Source: Podarcis erhardii (taxonomy: Eukaryota). Taken from it: 64,000 nt of DNA. The translations under genes were made by a program, and so were the position numbers. The notes under the pieces are model-generated. The model was not told where the DNA came from and searched no databases. It saw only the letters and a program-made list of their open reading frames with translations. The stretch is taken from NCBI GenBank assembly GCA_964252035.1, contig OZ176201.1; one strand, 5' to 3'. Of this stretch, positions 1 to 12,993 are shown piece by piece (the stretch's first letter is position 1; the number at the start of each line of letters is the position of its first letter).

Positions 1-2075
1 ACTGCTTCCAATGAGAGCGAAGGGTCCGGCAGCAGATCCATGTGAAATAATATAGAAAGGGTCCAATTATATAGGTGAGGGGCTTAGAGGTGGTCACATT
101 TTAGCAACAAAATAGGCATGTGGGTGAGGAACGCAGACCCTTTCCCCATCGTTATCTTCCCTCTGTAGCCCCTCGCTGTTATTTCTCTCCTACGCAAGAC
201 CCTTCTCATATCGGAGCTTAGCTAAGGGAGAAAAGCTGTGTGAGGAACAGACAATTGGAACAAACTTTTATTCGCCAGCATGATACGATCAAGATGGATG
301 TATCAAAATGACTGAACATTTTTAACTCCTCACAAATTCAGCACCATGTGTCTCTTAATTTAGGTGCGTCAAACTTGGGCTAGGGAGACCCAGGTTCAAA
401 TCTCCACACTGCCATGGAGCTAAGTTGTTGACTGTGAGCCAGTCATGGTCTTTCAGTGTAACCCACCTCAAAGAGTCGCTGTGAGGATAAAATGGGGGAG
501 GGAGTGGTGTTTGGGAGGATAGTGATGTATGGTCCCCTCTCTGGACCATCTTAGTCTAGGAAGCTGAGGAAGAAGTGAGCGAGAGCACCATCTTGGCCCA
601 TGCTTCAAGCCCCCTTAGGTCAGTGAGAAGCCTGTGATCCCCCCGTTGTTCTTGCAAGCAGATTTAGAGGCCTTCACAAACAAAAATCTTCCACATTGGG
701 CCTTCACATGGTCATAAGGAACTTTTCTAAAGCCTTGAGCCCAAATGAAAACCGGAAATTGATAAGGATGAGCTGAATATATTATTATGCCTGCAGCTTG
801 GGGAAAATCCTCATGTGCAAGAACAAATATTTCAAGCTTATGGTTTCTGGTGGAAACTCAGGTCATGTTGTGAGTGATTCTACAGCTGGGCCTCAGGCCA
901 GAACAAATAAAATAATCAGCAAGCCACTTACAAGCCTCTTTGTTGACTATTCCTAGCTTTGGAAAGCTCCTATACATTTGCTGTTTCATTGAGTAACTTG
1001 AATATCATGCCTATCTTGTTGCTAAATGAGAGCCCTGCCAGCTACTTGCTTGAGTGAACTGAACTCACACAAGCAAAATATGTTTACTGGTGCTTAGAAT
1101 GGCCTCATTAAAAGCAACCATTTAAATGTGGGTATGTAAAATATACAGTTCTTATTTATGACGACAATTCTGTGAGGGTCTGTCACTATTATTCCCCGGC
1201 CCTACCTGACACACAGAATCTAACTGGAGAGGCACTAAAAATAACAATAATAATCGTCTTCTTAATTCTCACAAAGTTGCTGATAAATTTTCATGAGGAC
1301 TTTTGTAATTTTTTTAAAAAAGTGACGTGGAAATGTGGAGAAAGAATTAAAAAATGATAAACTGAAACATACCAACTGGCTCACTGCAAGCTGATGGGGG
1401 CGGAGCTCTTCTTTTCTCCAGGCTTAGGAGACAGGTCAGGTCTCACCTCTGTCACACTAAGCTTTGGAGACTCAAAAGCAGAGAAGAGCCATATTGCCTT
1501 CAAGTTTCTCTGAAGTCCAGTGTAAGGAAACTAGACCCCAAATATCATTCATTTTGTGTTGTGTCAGGCAGCTGCCTAACTCAAGAGAGGGTCACCACTT
1601 GTGACTACACAGTTGTGAACTGCTACATAGGAACTATGTGAGTGAGATCTTTTGGCACGCCCAGCACCTTACTGAGAATCAGTGTCTCTTGTTTACATGT
1701 TCTCTTCTTACAACAGAAGAGGGAAAAAGCAGACCAGAGCCTTCCGGTGGCCAGCAACGTGTAACATTTTATTTCTTTGGTTTAAAATACCTACAACAGT
1801 GCTACTTCATTGGACATGTGTACATTACTTAGTTTTGCACCAGTTTAGACAACTCCCCCACCCACTGGACTGAGCAATCCCCGTGTTCTTTGTTGTTTGC
1901 AGTGTTAAGCTCTTCTGCAATATCTTCCCCCCCTCCCAGCCAATGTGAATCTTCTCAGTGGATCCAAAACATCCCCTGATGCTTCTAAAAGCAACAGTGA
2001 TATATCTAGGCTACACATATGCGAGTGACGCCGGCACAGACATGAGGACGAGCTTCCACAAGAGTCACCTGCTGG

Positions 2076-2135
2076 TTACTTTTCTTCCCCACAAATGGCT
2101 AGCAAGGCTTTGCGGTAATCTCCAGAGGTGTCCTT
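2076..2135 (-). CDS. ANXA6: ANXA6 last coding exon ([19 protein letters not shown])
   Basis: tttttgcag| acceptor, TAA at 2078-2076; candidate AATAAA on the minus strand at 1768-1773. Confidence 0.95.
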   Translation of the reverse strand, partial: KDTSGDYRKALLAICGEEK

Positions 2136-5100
2136 CTGCAAAAAGAAAGGAAGACAAAATGAAAACCAGAAATGCCTACAAGTGATCAGCCTCACTGGTA
2201 AACCAGAGGATATAGAAACTTAAAAATGAACTTTTTAAGGCAATTCCAACATGTGTCTTTTGATGTATCTACACTGCAGCCTTTAAATGGATTTAACTAT
2301 CATTACTTTGTGCCGGAGAAGCCTCAAACTACTAGGACTCTTTAGCATAAGCCGTAACTATTAAGATAGCATAAAATGATATCATTTCTTAATGTGGATG
2401 TTATATTTCCTTTAGCATCTCCTTAATGTCGTTTGCTGGTGAGTTATTCTTCAAAGAAACCTGAAGGGCCGCTTTTGAAGGTTACAGTTCATTCTCTGTC
2501 TAGGAAAAAGCCCAGGTAATTTTGAAAATGTACAAGCACATTGATCAGGCATCTGCTACTCATAGCAGCTGTCTGATTAGATGCTATCGTGGTAAAGCAC
2601 ATATGACCATACGCGTCAAATTTTAGTCTACGGTTGTTCTTACAGGAAGACACATCTCTATGGAGGAAATTCTAATGGTGTGAAGCAGTCTTACTATGAC
2701 TGCACATTCTTTTTGCCACCTATGCTTGGGTGGAACATTCACGTGGTATGAACAGGCTGCTGTGAGTACAACCAGTCGAAGATGTACATGAAACAAATCA
2801 TAAAGGTCAGCACAGCTCACTGCACACAAACATGAGGTTCTGGTTCTGGTTTTTGTGCTGGCAAAAACCAGAACCTCTCATTACCTCGATCATGTGATAG
2901 AGAGATTTGTCATAAATATCCCAAAATTCACGCCGGATGTTGAGCAGATCAATTTCACTCCTTGAGACAATAATCCTGATAAGAGTTCGGTCGTCTGTGC
3001 CAGCACCCTTGGGAGATCAAAAAACCAGTAAGAATTTATTTATTTTTTTAAAGAGAGAGCAAGGGCAGGAAGTGAGGGGACTTTCCCGCACATTGCTATC
3101 AGCAAAATATTTTGAAAAGGTGGCAACAAGCTCTATCAACCAGATAGTTGTTTACAGTGATACTTGGCAGATGGTAGAATGGGAGCTTCATGCTCTGTTC
3201 TGCTAATGAACATCAGCATTGAGAGATGAGCTGGTGCTGGGCACATTCCAATGCCGCCTCAGGTTGCTGCTGCTACCCCACTCAACCTCTTTAGAGCAAA
3301 GCTCTATATTTGAAATGGGAGAACGATGCAAGCCTTTAGCACTGTGACTCTCATTGCTGCATCTGTTTCAATGACAAATTCTCCAAATTGACTCCCTTCG
3401 AACAAGCAACAAACTATTTGCTGAAGGGGCCTCCTGATTGTTTCAGTGAATCACAAGCAGGAATTAGCCATCCCTGGCCTTCTCAAATGCAGGTCCGTTC
3501 AGGAAACCACCCCAACTCCTACTTTGCAATCAGATGATTATTATTGTAATTTAAAAGCTTCTGATCTAGCCTTCCCTTTCCTGGTGAGAGTCAAAACAGC
3601 AAAGGGAATGTAGTTTTTACCTTCATGGACTTGTACAGCTTGTCGGCAAAGAAAGCTTGCTTGTTCTTGACACTCCGCACTTGAAAGAAAGAGCAGTGCA
3701 ACATGAAAACATTGTACAGGAAGCCCCATCTCAAGCAACCCCCACACCCATGTTTTTAAAGAACTACGGTGTCTCAGGTTGCTTTTTTGGTTTGTGTGTA
3801 GAAAGAAAGGAGTGGAGAGGAAAAGACAGCTCTTGGAAAGCACCCCCCCCCCAATTACTGTATTGAATGTCCAATTTGGTTGACAGGGTGGGATAAATGG
3901 TTCATGTTTGCTGTCTGGGTCAATCACAGATGGATGTAGGTTTCTAGAGCCCAGGTTTGCAAGCAGAGGGCTCTAAATGTATAGTGTGGTTGCCTCATCT
4001 CCATTAAAGAAAAAACCCATAAATATTTTTTGAAAAACTGCACATGATTCTGTTGTTTGCAGTAGGAGGAAAGCCATATGGATGGTTGGGTAGCCACTTC
4101 CTGCTCTGTGAGGGAATTGCTAAATTTAAGTGTGCAAGGATGTTGCAAAATGTTTTAACTATGCAGCAAGGGGCAATGCATCCAGCTGGTGTTGCTTCTC
4201 TCATGACTGTTCTCCAGGCTTCTTGTCTATCCAGCATCCTTCTCTGGACACCACTGGAGGGGATCTCTGGGTCTGCAGTGAATTCAACAGGCCCACTAAC
4301 ACGCTACAAGATGACTAGAGAAGCAGCCATTGAAGAAGCCACATTCGAGCTCAGTGGTGGCAAAGCTCGCAGCGGGTGGCGGCCATTTCCTGTTAGTCTT
4401 GGTGAAGGTACATTTTTAAAAGTCTGTTCAGGAGAACAAGATTGCAGGCAGGTCAGCAGCCTGAGGGAATCAACATACTGCAACCAAGCAGAAAGTCGCT
4501 GATAAAGAGAGGTCGTGCTTGAAGCCTCTAAGACCTATATGACATACTGCTGAGCCATGCCAAAGGTTACAGTGTCAGTGAGATCCTATTCACTGATTCT
4601 ATCTAACAGCCAAGTCTCAGCCAAAGGTGTTTGAAATCTGCACAGCAATCTCCAAGAGCAAGTTTCTAGCTCTCAAAGCTGTACAAAAAAAGGCCGGAAA
4701 CATGCATACAAATGTTGGTAAAGGTGCATAGTGTACCAACATAAGATTTCAGCTGGTTAGGAGGCATCCCACATACCATTCCTTCCTCAGCAGGCCAATA
4801 GCTAAGTCCCCACTGGATACATAGCAAGTCACCCATATAGCCTCTCTTAGACATTAATACCATTCACTGGAATAGCTGAATTCTGTGAAACACTTTATTT
4901 TTATTATTTTTATTTATTAAATTTGTATACTGCCTATACCCATAGATCTCAGGGCAGTTTACAACATAAAATTACAATTACCAGCCCACACATTTTTTTG
5001 CAAGTGGAATACAACAGGAAATTTAACTAAGGCCAGCTTGCTTCATCTCAGGAATATTATAAAAATTTGGTTGACTGTTGAGGTGAACTAGTTGCAAGAG

Positions 5101-8100
5101 CAAGTTCGGCAGGGCAAGGTTTGCTGAAGTCCACACTCAATGTGCAAGGAAAGCACAAGCCTCTTTTTTTTACGCCCGTGCAAGAGACACTCACCAATGG
5201 CTAAAAAGACGTCACGCACATCTCCAGACATCCGCTTGTTGATGGCATGTGCCACATCATGGTTCGTCATCTTAACAAACTCCTGGAAGACTACAAGGAT
5301 TGAAGGTAGAGAATAAGAAATCAGAACCCTCTACGGCTTTGGAATGACCTAAAAGCTAAGCTAGGGAACTAGCCAACTGTCCTCAGTGAGCAATGGGACT
5401 GGCAACAGCAGTGTCATAAAACTGCTATGCCCTTAGTCCACTTCTACAGTGTGTTAGGCAAGGTCAAGTATGTCCAAGGGCGATTAGGTGCTGCCACAGG
5501 GAAGTATCAAATATCAAGATGTTCTACAGAAAAGTACAGTTAGTGAAACAAACCTCCTAACCCTGAATTCCATCAGAGGAGCAGGAGAATTTCTTTCTTT
5601 CTTTTTTGTAGCACAACAATTGCATCAGCAGCCTCTTTCCTTCAAAGCCCCTGAGGAGGTAATAGTTGCCCTTTTCCAAACTACAATAACACGGCCTGAG
5701 AAAGGTCAGGTCAATGAGTCTGCATCTAGGCACGGGCTCCACAACATTCAACAAACACACCACTCCCTCCCTGTTTACCTCTCCGGAGCTGGGGGTAGCT
5801 CTGCGTACACAAGATGGTCATGAAGCGTGTCTCCAGAGATGTCGAATCATCACCGGAAACATCGGACAATTTCTGCGAAACCAAAGAAGATTGAAGGGAT
5901 GGGGAAGAACAGCAAAGGATACAGGCTAGTGAAATATTTTCCTTTTGATTCCTGAGAGCCTATATACTAGTGCATTCCTGTAAGAAGGTTGCTATGTATT
6001 CTTCTATTAATATGGCAGCAAAGATTGTGAAAGCAGTTCAGCAAAAGCTTCTGTGACTATTATGAGAAGGCTGGCAACAAGTAGAAGTCTGCCCAAGTAG
6101 GATTCTCTCTCCAAGTGTACTAAACATATTGCCATTTGAGCTGATCCAGTGAGAGATCACCATCAGGCTCAAAAAGGTTCCATGTGACTATGACTGAGAG
6201 ACACTCCCTAATCATTAGGGCTCTGACAGGCCTCTCCATTTGGCCTGCAAGGCTGTTTTGGTTAAGCCACATATTGGTCCTACACAAGGAGGCATATAGG
6301 ACATCAAGTGTGGGGCAGGTAACAAGATGCAGGTGGGCTAAAAGGGGACTGTAGTTGATCGGAATACCTGAAAAGTCCCATGCAGGGCACTTTGCAAGCC
6401 TTGACAATCCACTTTTTGTTGGAGGTTTGCAGAGCAATGTGCCTTTGCCCACATGCGGCAATGATGTCAGGTGACTGACTTGTCAAACTTGGCCTGTGGT
6501 GGTGAGGGAAATGTGGCAAGCCAGACAGATCCAGTTCCCCACTCCTGGCCTAATGGGTCTATAACAGAAGACACCCCTCAACCTCGAGAAGCTTATGAAC
6601 ACCTCAAGGCTATATGTAACTCTAACATCTTTTCCTACCCCTAAACAGACAACTCAGCTGGTTTTTAAAAATCCTGCCACAACAGGTAAAAAAGGAGGTC
6701 ATATTTTGCATCGTCACCTGTGGGACATTAACACACAGAAATAGCAACCATTTCTTCCCAAACACCAAAAAAGGTTGCGTGAAACTGCCTTTTGACAATA
6801 AATACATGCAACAATGCAATGACAATTCATCTTCCCATGTGCTTCATATGTAGTGAGAAATGTACAGCACAACTAATGGCACTCTTATGTTTTGGAATAC
6901 TTAGCAGGTCACTAACAATTTCCCAATTGCTTTTAATTGTCCTCCCTGTGCAGTTAATTACCTAGTTATTATGCAAACTTTTGACATTCTCTGCTCCTCT
7001 CTGGGTACTTTGAGAAGCATACCCCCTCCCTTGCCTTCCCAGTTTTGCAGGCGAGAAGTCATGCCTAAATAAGCCAACAGTAGATTTTTTATAATTTATC
7101 CTCCCCCACTACTGTAAGGGAATGTTTTCAGGTTATCTTTGGTTGGAGAGCCAGATGAATACAGGCAGTAGGGCAGGCCCAACAGCCAGTGAGATATGGG
7201 CTAAGATGGGTTTGGCAAACCTCTGAGTGGCCATGTGCCCAACTCTAAGCAAAAGACATTCCTCCCTTTGAAGGGCTGTCAAAGGACAGTTTGCTGTTTT
7301 AAGAGCTGACCAACATAAGCCTACTTTAAAAGGTAAAGAGCCCAAAAAAGGAAAGCAGGAGGAGCCTTGAAGCTGCCCATTAGCTGTTAGCAGCTGGACA
7401 GCAATGTGAGTCTGCACAAAGCTCACCTGGCCAGTCTTCCCACTATGGCAAGATGTATTGCACTTCTATTTAAATCTTCAGCAATTTTGCATCTATATGT
7501 ACATATAAATTACCAAATGCACATTTTGTGCGAAGTCACATCCTCATTTTTGACGGTGCACAAATGGTCACTCTAAAAAACCTTCCTGTGGTTTGGAAGG
7601 CACTGTTGTGTGAGTCCACCCCATGAGTCCTGAATAAAGTGTCAAACAACAAAAATGGCAGGCACTCACCAGGGTTTCAGCAACAACCTGACAACAGAGA
7701 GAAAGAGGGAGAGAGAGAGGAAGGCAACAGGGTCAGAGATAGGCCTGTGCAGCACTTTCTTAGGATTTCATAGATTAAAAACAGGTCATTCTAATCTCTC
7801 AAGCCAAGATCTTCAGGCTCCTGAAAAGTGGCAGCAGATTCATTTCTCAGACCATGTGCAGCCTTTCAGATATTTTTAAGTGTCCAATTAAACGCCTAAA
7901 CGAAAAATATATCCCTTTGTTCAGAAAAAGTGTATCTGCCAATGCTCAGATGTGGAAGAGGGTCAAAAAGAGAATGGAAAAGGAAAGGGAAACATATCTG
8001 CAAAGGACCTTTGGCCTGGGGTAAAGAATGTTCTAATCACATACACATGCACACATACGCCCAGTTTCGCAAGACTTCAAGAACACAAGGTCTGTGCCCC

Positions 8101-11100
8101 AAGGAGCTTCCAGAGAGGGGGGACAAGCCAAAGATGGACCAAGAATTGTGGGGAAAGAGAACATTCAGCACTGGAGCAGAAATTAGAAATCTAAGGCAAA
8201 GGGGACAGGAAGATGAGAGGGGCTTGGGTTTTGTATATGGCAGGAAATAATAATAGTTCTGGTTGATGGGGCGGGGGGTGGGGGTGGGGAGGAAAGCGAC
8301 ATGCCAAAATAATTCTGCTTGCAGTTTCAGTATGCCGATGTGACATCTATGTAAGNNNNNNNNNNNNNNNNNNNNNNNNNNNNNNNNNNNNNNNNNNNNN
8401 NNNNNNNNNNNNNNNNNNNNNNNNNNNNNNNNNNNNNNNNNNNNNNNNNNNNNNNNNNNNNNNNNNNNNNNNNNNNNNNNNNNNNNNNNNNNNNNNNNNN
8501 NNNNNNNNNNNNNNNNNNNNNNNNNNNNNNNNNNNNNNNNNNNNNNNNNNNNNNNGATGAGTCATGCCTAAAACAGTAAAGCAATACAGGTCCTATTAGA
8601 AACTATTATATATTTATTTATACCCTGACTTCCCCCCAACACAACTCCAGATAAAAATAGGGACCACAGAAAATACAGGAAAAATGAAGCCAAAATCCTG
8701 TTAACGTCACAGTAATTTTAAATTCAAATGCGCAGAAGACAACTGTTGAAGGACACATACCAAATCCCTTCATAGCATTATAGAGGGCCTCAGCATCCTG
8801 GTTGGCATCAAAATCTGGATAATCCTTCACTGAACCCCTGTATCTCCCAGCCTAGAAACAAAGAGAAAAAGACAATGAGGCTGTTACCAATTAGGCAGCC
8901 CGATAAGGAAACAATATGCCATGTGCAAAATGTATACAATGATGGCACGTGGGAGGGCATGTCCAGCAGCTGCTCCACACTTGTGGAGTTCTTCCCCCTG
9001 AAGGATTTCACCACAGCCCAGAACAGAACAATACAGACTCCGAAGCAGCCAGGTTTCAAGTTGCATCAGAGCACAGGTCAGCCAAGGTGGCTTAGCTGGC
9101 GTGAGCCAACAGATATTCTTTAAGCTGCCAAGGCCAGACCTAGGTAGGCATTTTGGAACTACGGTGTTTGCCTCCATACTTTTGGAAATCTGAGAACCAA
9201 AATGTATGGCAAGACTACATCTGGTAACACCTGTCAGGGTTAACCTTTGCAAAGTAGATTTGATGTTGAGGCAGAGGTATTTAGACTGTTCAACGCATAA
9301 ATGAAACCACAATGGAAGTCAGTGGCAGAGCACTGCCCTTGAGCCTTTGATGTTCCATCGCAAGGACTGAAAGGAAGGATGCCGGAAGCTCAAGGCCAAA
9401 CAAGCCTTCCCTATCTCTGATCATGGTGCTCAGGTTGTTTCGGGAGAAGACTATCACCTCCCACAGTCAGAAAGTTGTGCATCATCTTTCAACGTACCCC
9501 ACTAGACAAAGACTTCCTAAAAACTATTTTGGCTGCATGCAATACAGTTACTTTCCTTTTCACATGTGGGGCTATGGCCAGTGTTTGGCCTCATATATGT
9601 ATGGAATCATATGGGGAAGCCTGTAAAAAATGGTTTATGGACCTAGCACTGGTTTCCATGGCTGCAACTGCCACATCCATGGGAATTCCCATGCTCCTTC
9701 GTGAGTCACAGGTTCAGAGCTTCTCATGCGGGGAAGAAAATAATGGTGGAAAATGGGCCCCTAGATTTTGAAGAAAGCTTAAGAGATCTGAATATCCTAA
9801 CTGAACAGGCAATTCTTGAAATCAGTTTCTCCTTATCCCTTCCCCCACACCGATGAGTCAGTCTGGCTTCCTGACAGATGGCCAGGGCCCTTGAAGTTAT
9901 TAATAGAGGCGCTGCTCTGCCCAGAATTCTGCTCTTCTATTCATATTGCCAACTTGGTCTCACAATGACAGTTCCCTACTTGCACATCCACCCCTCTAGA
10001 AGTATCAATGCACAAGGAGCTGAGGCACTGCTGCCCATCCCACACTAATCTCTCTGGAAGAACCTTCTGAAATATCTGTCCTGAGATTCCAGGACTTATG
10101 ACACATCACTTCACAATTATTCCTCTTTCTGGAGAGGGTTGGGAGAATGCTCTCATGTAACAAGATGTGAGAATGATAGATGTCATCTTCCCAGCATCTC
10201 CCACACACATACCCAACTGGTTGTTCAGAGGGAACAACCTTTGCAAACTCTATTTACATCTAGCTCAGGGATTCTAAGACTTTCCATCCCCCAGACCCAC
10301 TAGAAACAGCTGGAAATTACTGAGTACCCCCAGTGACAAAATGGCGGCAGACGGGGGCAGTATGGGATAATCCACGGACAATTGCCAACATCAGTTTCTA
10401 CTGATAGCTAATCCATCTTTGGAAATGGCCAAATTTATTTGCCAGAGGGCTTTCCTTCCAGCAAGGAGTTGCACAGCTCAGCTTTCCTCAAGCAAAGTAA
10501 AAGACATTTGCTGTGAGGATATTGTGACTCACCCTTCTCATTTAGGCAGATTTTGCTGATCCGGAAGTGTTAAGAAGGCTTCCCAGCTCCACATCGCTTT
10601 CCAAGTATTTTTTACTCATTTCCGGTGGCTTTAATCTCCCATTCTCCTTTCGCACTGAACTGGTGCTTTTTTCCCCCTGCAACCACCACTTTCCTTCACC
10701 CTATACACTCACTTCCTCCTATAGCAGTGTCCCTTGCTTATCTACTTCCTTTCTATTCCCAGTTTATTATTTAACCACCACCTTTTCCCTCACCTTAATT
10801 TCCTTTAATACCCCCCTGACTCTTTGCCCTCATCCCCCCTGTAACCTCTCTGGTCCTGAACACCACTGAAATGAGTTGCTGGTGCTGGCATGGCAGGAAA
10901 GTGAGGAGGCACTGGGCAAGAAGTGGTTCTGGTAGGTCCTGGCTCACTGCTTGACGAACACAGACCTAGAGGATTTCAATCGTGTATGGATCACCAGGAA
11001 ATGCAAAAGGAAAAGGAAAACCCACCCTCGAGAGTTTCCAGAGTCACATGTGCCATGCGATATGTCCCTGAACAAATCCGTAAATAACTGCCTCGCCCTC

Positions 11101-12934
11101 AAACTGGGAATTGGAAATCTTGTCCCCAGGGTCCAAGTGCAACACACAGCCTTATTACGTTACACTAGCTCTATGAACTGTACCAGATCTCTGGACTGGC
11201 TGTACAAAAAGTGAAGGTCACGTTGATACATCCCAGCATTACTTCCGCAAAAATCACTTGCATGTAGGGAAACCACATAAACCTATGATAAGTGGATCAC
11301 ACTTCCTCCAACAGAGCCCAGAGCCTGTTACAAAGCATAACAGCTAAACTGCATCAATAAATAAAAACCAATACGAAGCTAAAATACTGCCCTTTCAAAC
11401 TGAAAAGATCTGGGTAAACAGAAATGTCTTCAACAATAAAGGGGACAGGTGCAACTCCAAGGGGAGACGGTTGGGACTAAGACCTGGGAGAGCAGGGTTC
11501 AAACCCCCACTCCGTCATGAAACTCATTTGGTGACCTTGGGCCAGTCACCATCTCTTAGCCTAACCTACCTCACAGGGTTGTTGTGAGAATGAAATGGAG
11601 AGGAGAACCACATGTACACCACCTAGAGATCCTTGTGAGATAAAGCTGGTATATAAATGTAATAAATAAATTTATACAAAGAAGGCCTTTTTTGCTCCTG
11701 CTCAGGGTTGAGATGGGATAAGACACATTTTCCCAGCTGCTAGGAAAGCACAACATGCCTAATAGTCCAGCTTTAAGAAAAGGCATGTGACAACAAATGT
11801 GTAACAGCACATTTGTTGAACTAGAAATTGACTGGGAAACCATCTGGAATAAACAGATTCTCAGGAAACAGAATCTGCATGACCTAAGCAGCAGCTTCCA
11901 AGTCTTATAGTTTTGGCGTTCCATTTTCATGCATTTTTAGAAACGGATAAGACTCCCCAAAGTGCATCTGTGCTTGTCACAAGATCAACACAGATTCCCG
12001 TAACTTGAGTACAGAATGTCCTCTTTGTGCCATCCGTATGTTGGGTTTTTTTTAAAAAAAAACCATCACCTGCCACAGAAAAGAGACTGTGTTAAGTTCT
12101 TAGGCACTATTATTCTACTGCTGACAGATGCCCCATCTTTTTTGGCCACAAAGTTAGGCCTTTTGTTTAGCATTCAGCTGTGCTTTAACAAATTTCATTC
12201 CATCGTTTCATTATTCAACAGAATTACAAAAAATAAACAAAACTACAAAACCCAAACCCTACACATTATAACATTATGTTATAATACCAGCTTGGTATGG
12301 GGAGCAAAAAAAGAAAAAATACCTCCAGCTACAAGTTTGAGATACTGGAATAAAAGTTGGTATGCATCTTTGGGAGTTCCATTACTTATTTTCATGTTTC
12401 AGCAGCAACATGCCCCAATAACTGATTTTCAAGGATATAAACTGTATTACTATGCAGCATCTCCCTTGCCATGCACTCAGATCTCAGAATGAAAACTAGC
12501 ATGCTCATTTATGAAACTTAATCAACCCTCATATTCATATACAGGGGCGGAGGGAGAAGATGGTACTACTGACAAAAGCAGATAGTATCTTAAGCAAGGC
12601 CTCTTGAACGTTATGTTTTGGTTGTAAGTTACTTAACCAAAGAACACCAGACAAACAAATTAGTAGATGCTAGTGGTTCAGGGTGCATCTACCAACTGAG
12701 TTCCACAGTCCATAGTTCCCCCTTGTCCTTGCTGATCCATATCATTGATCGAGGAAGTGGTGGGCAAGCACTGACTGCACAATCTGCATGGCTGTCCACA
12801 TATGGAGCCAATGCCCACTATTCCATCAACTTTAAGCATTTCCCGTTTCTGAAATTGCCATAGATCTTTAAAGGGTCTTTAACTTTCAGCCTGCAAATGT
12901 CTTTTTGTTTCCATCTTTGGAAAGAGCGTTAGGC

Positions 12935-12993
<59 letters not shown>

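Noticed and set aside
5195-8851. A novel 'mini-annexin' made by splicing exon 3 directly to exon 23 (both phase 1)
   Set aside because: The missing exons coincide with an N gap, so an assembly artefact is the simpler explanation; there is no transcript evidence.
10338-10570. YY1-like AAAATGGCGGC and ETS-like CCGGAAGT motifs in ANXA6 intron 2
   Set aside because: Isolated short motifs with no CpG island or exon support.
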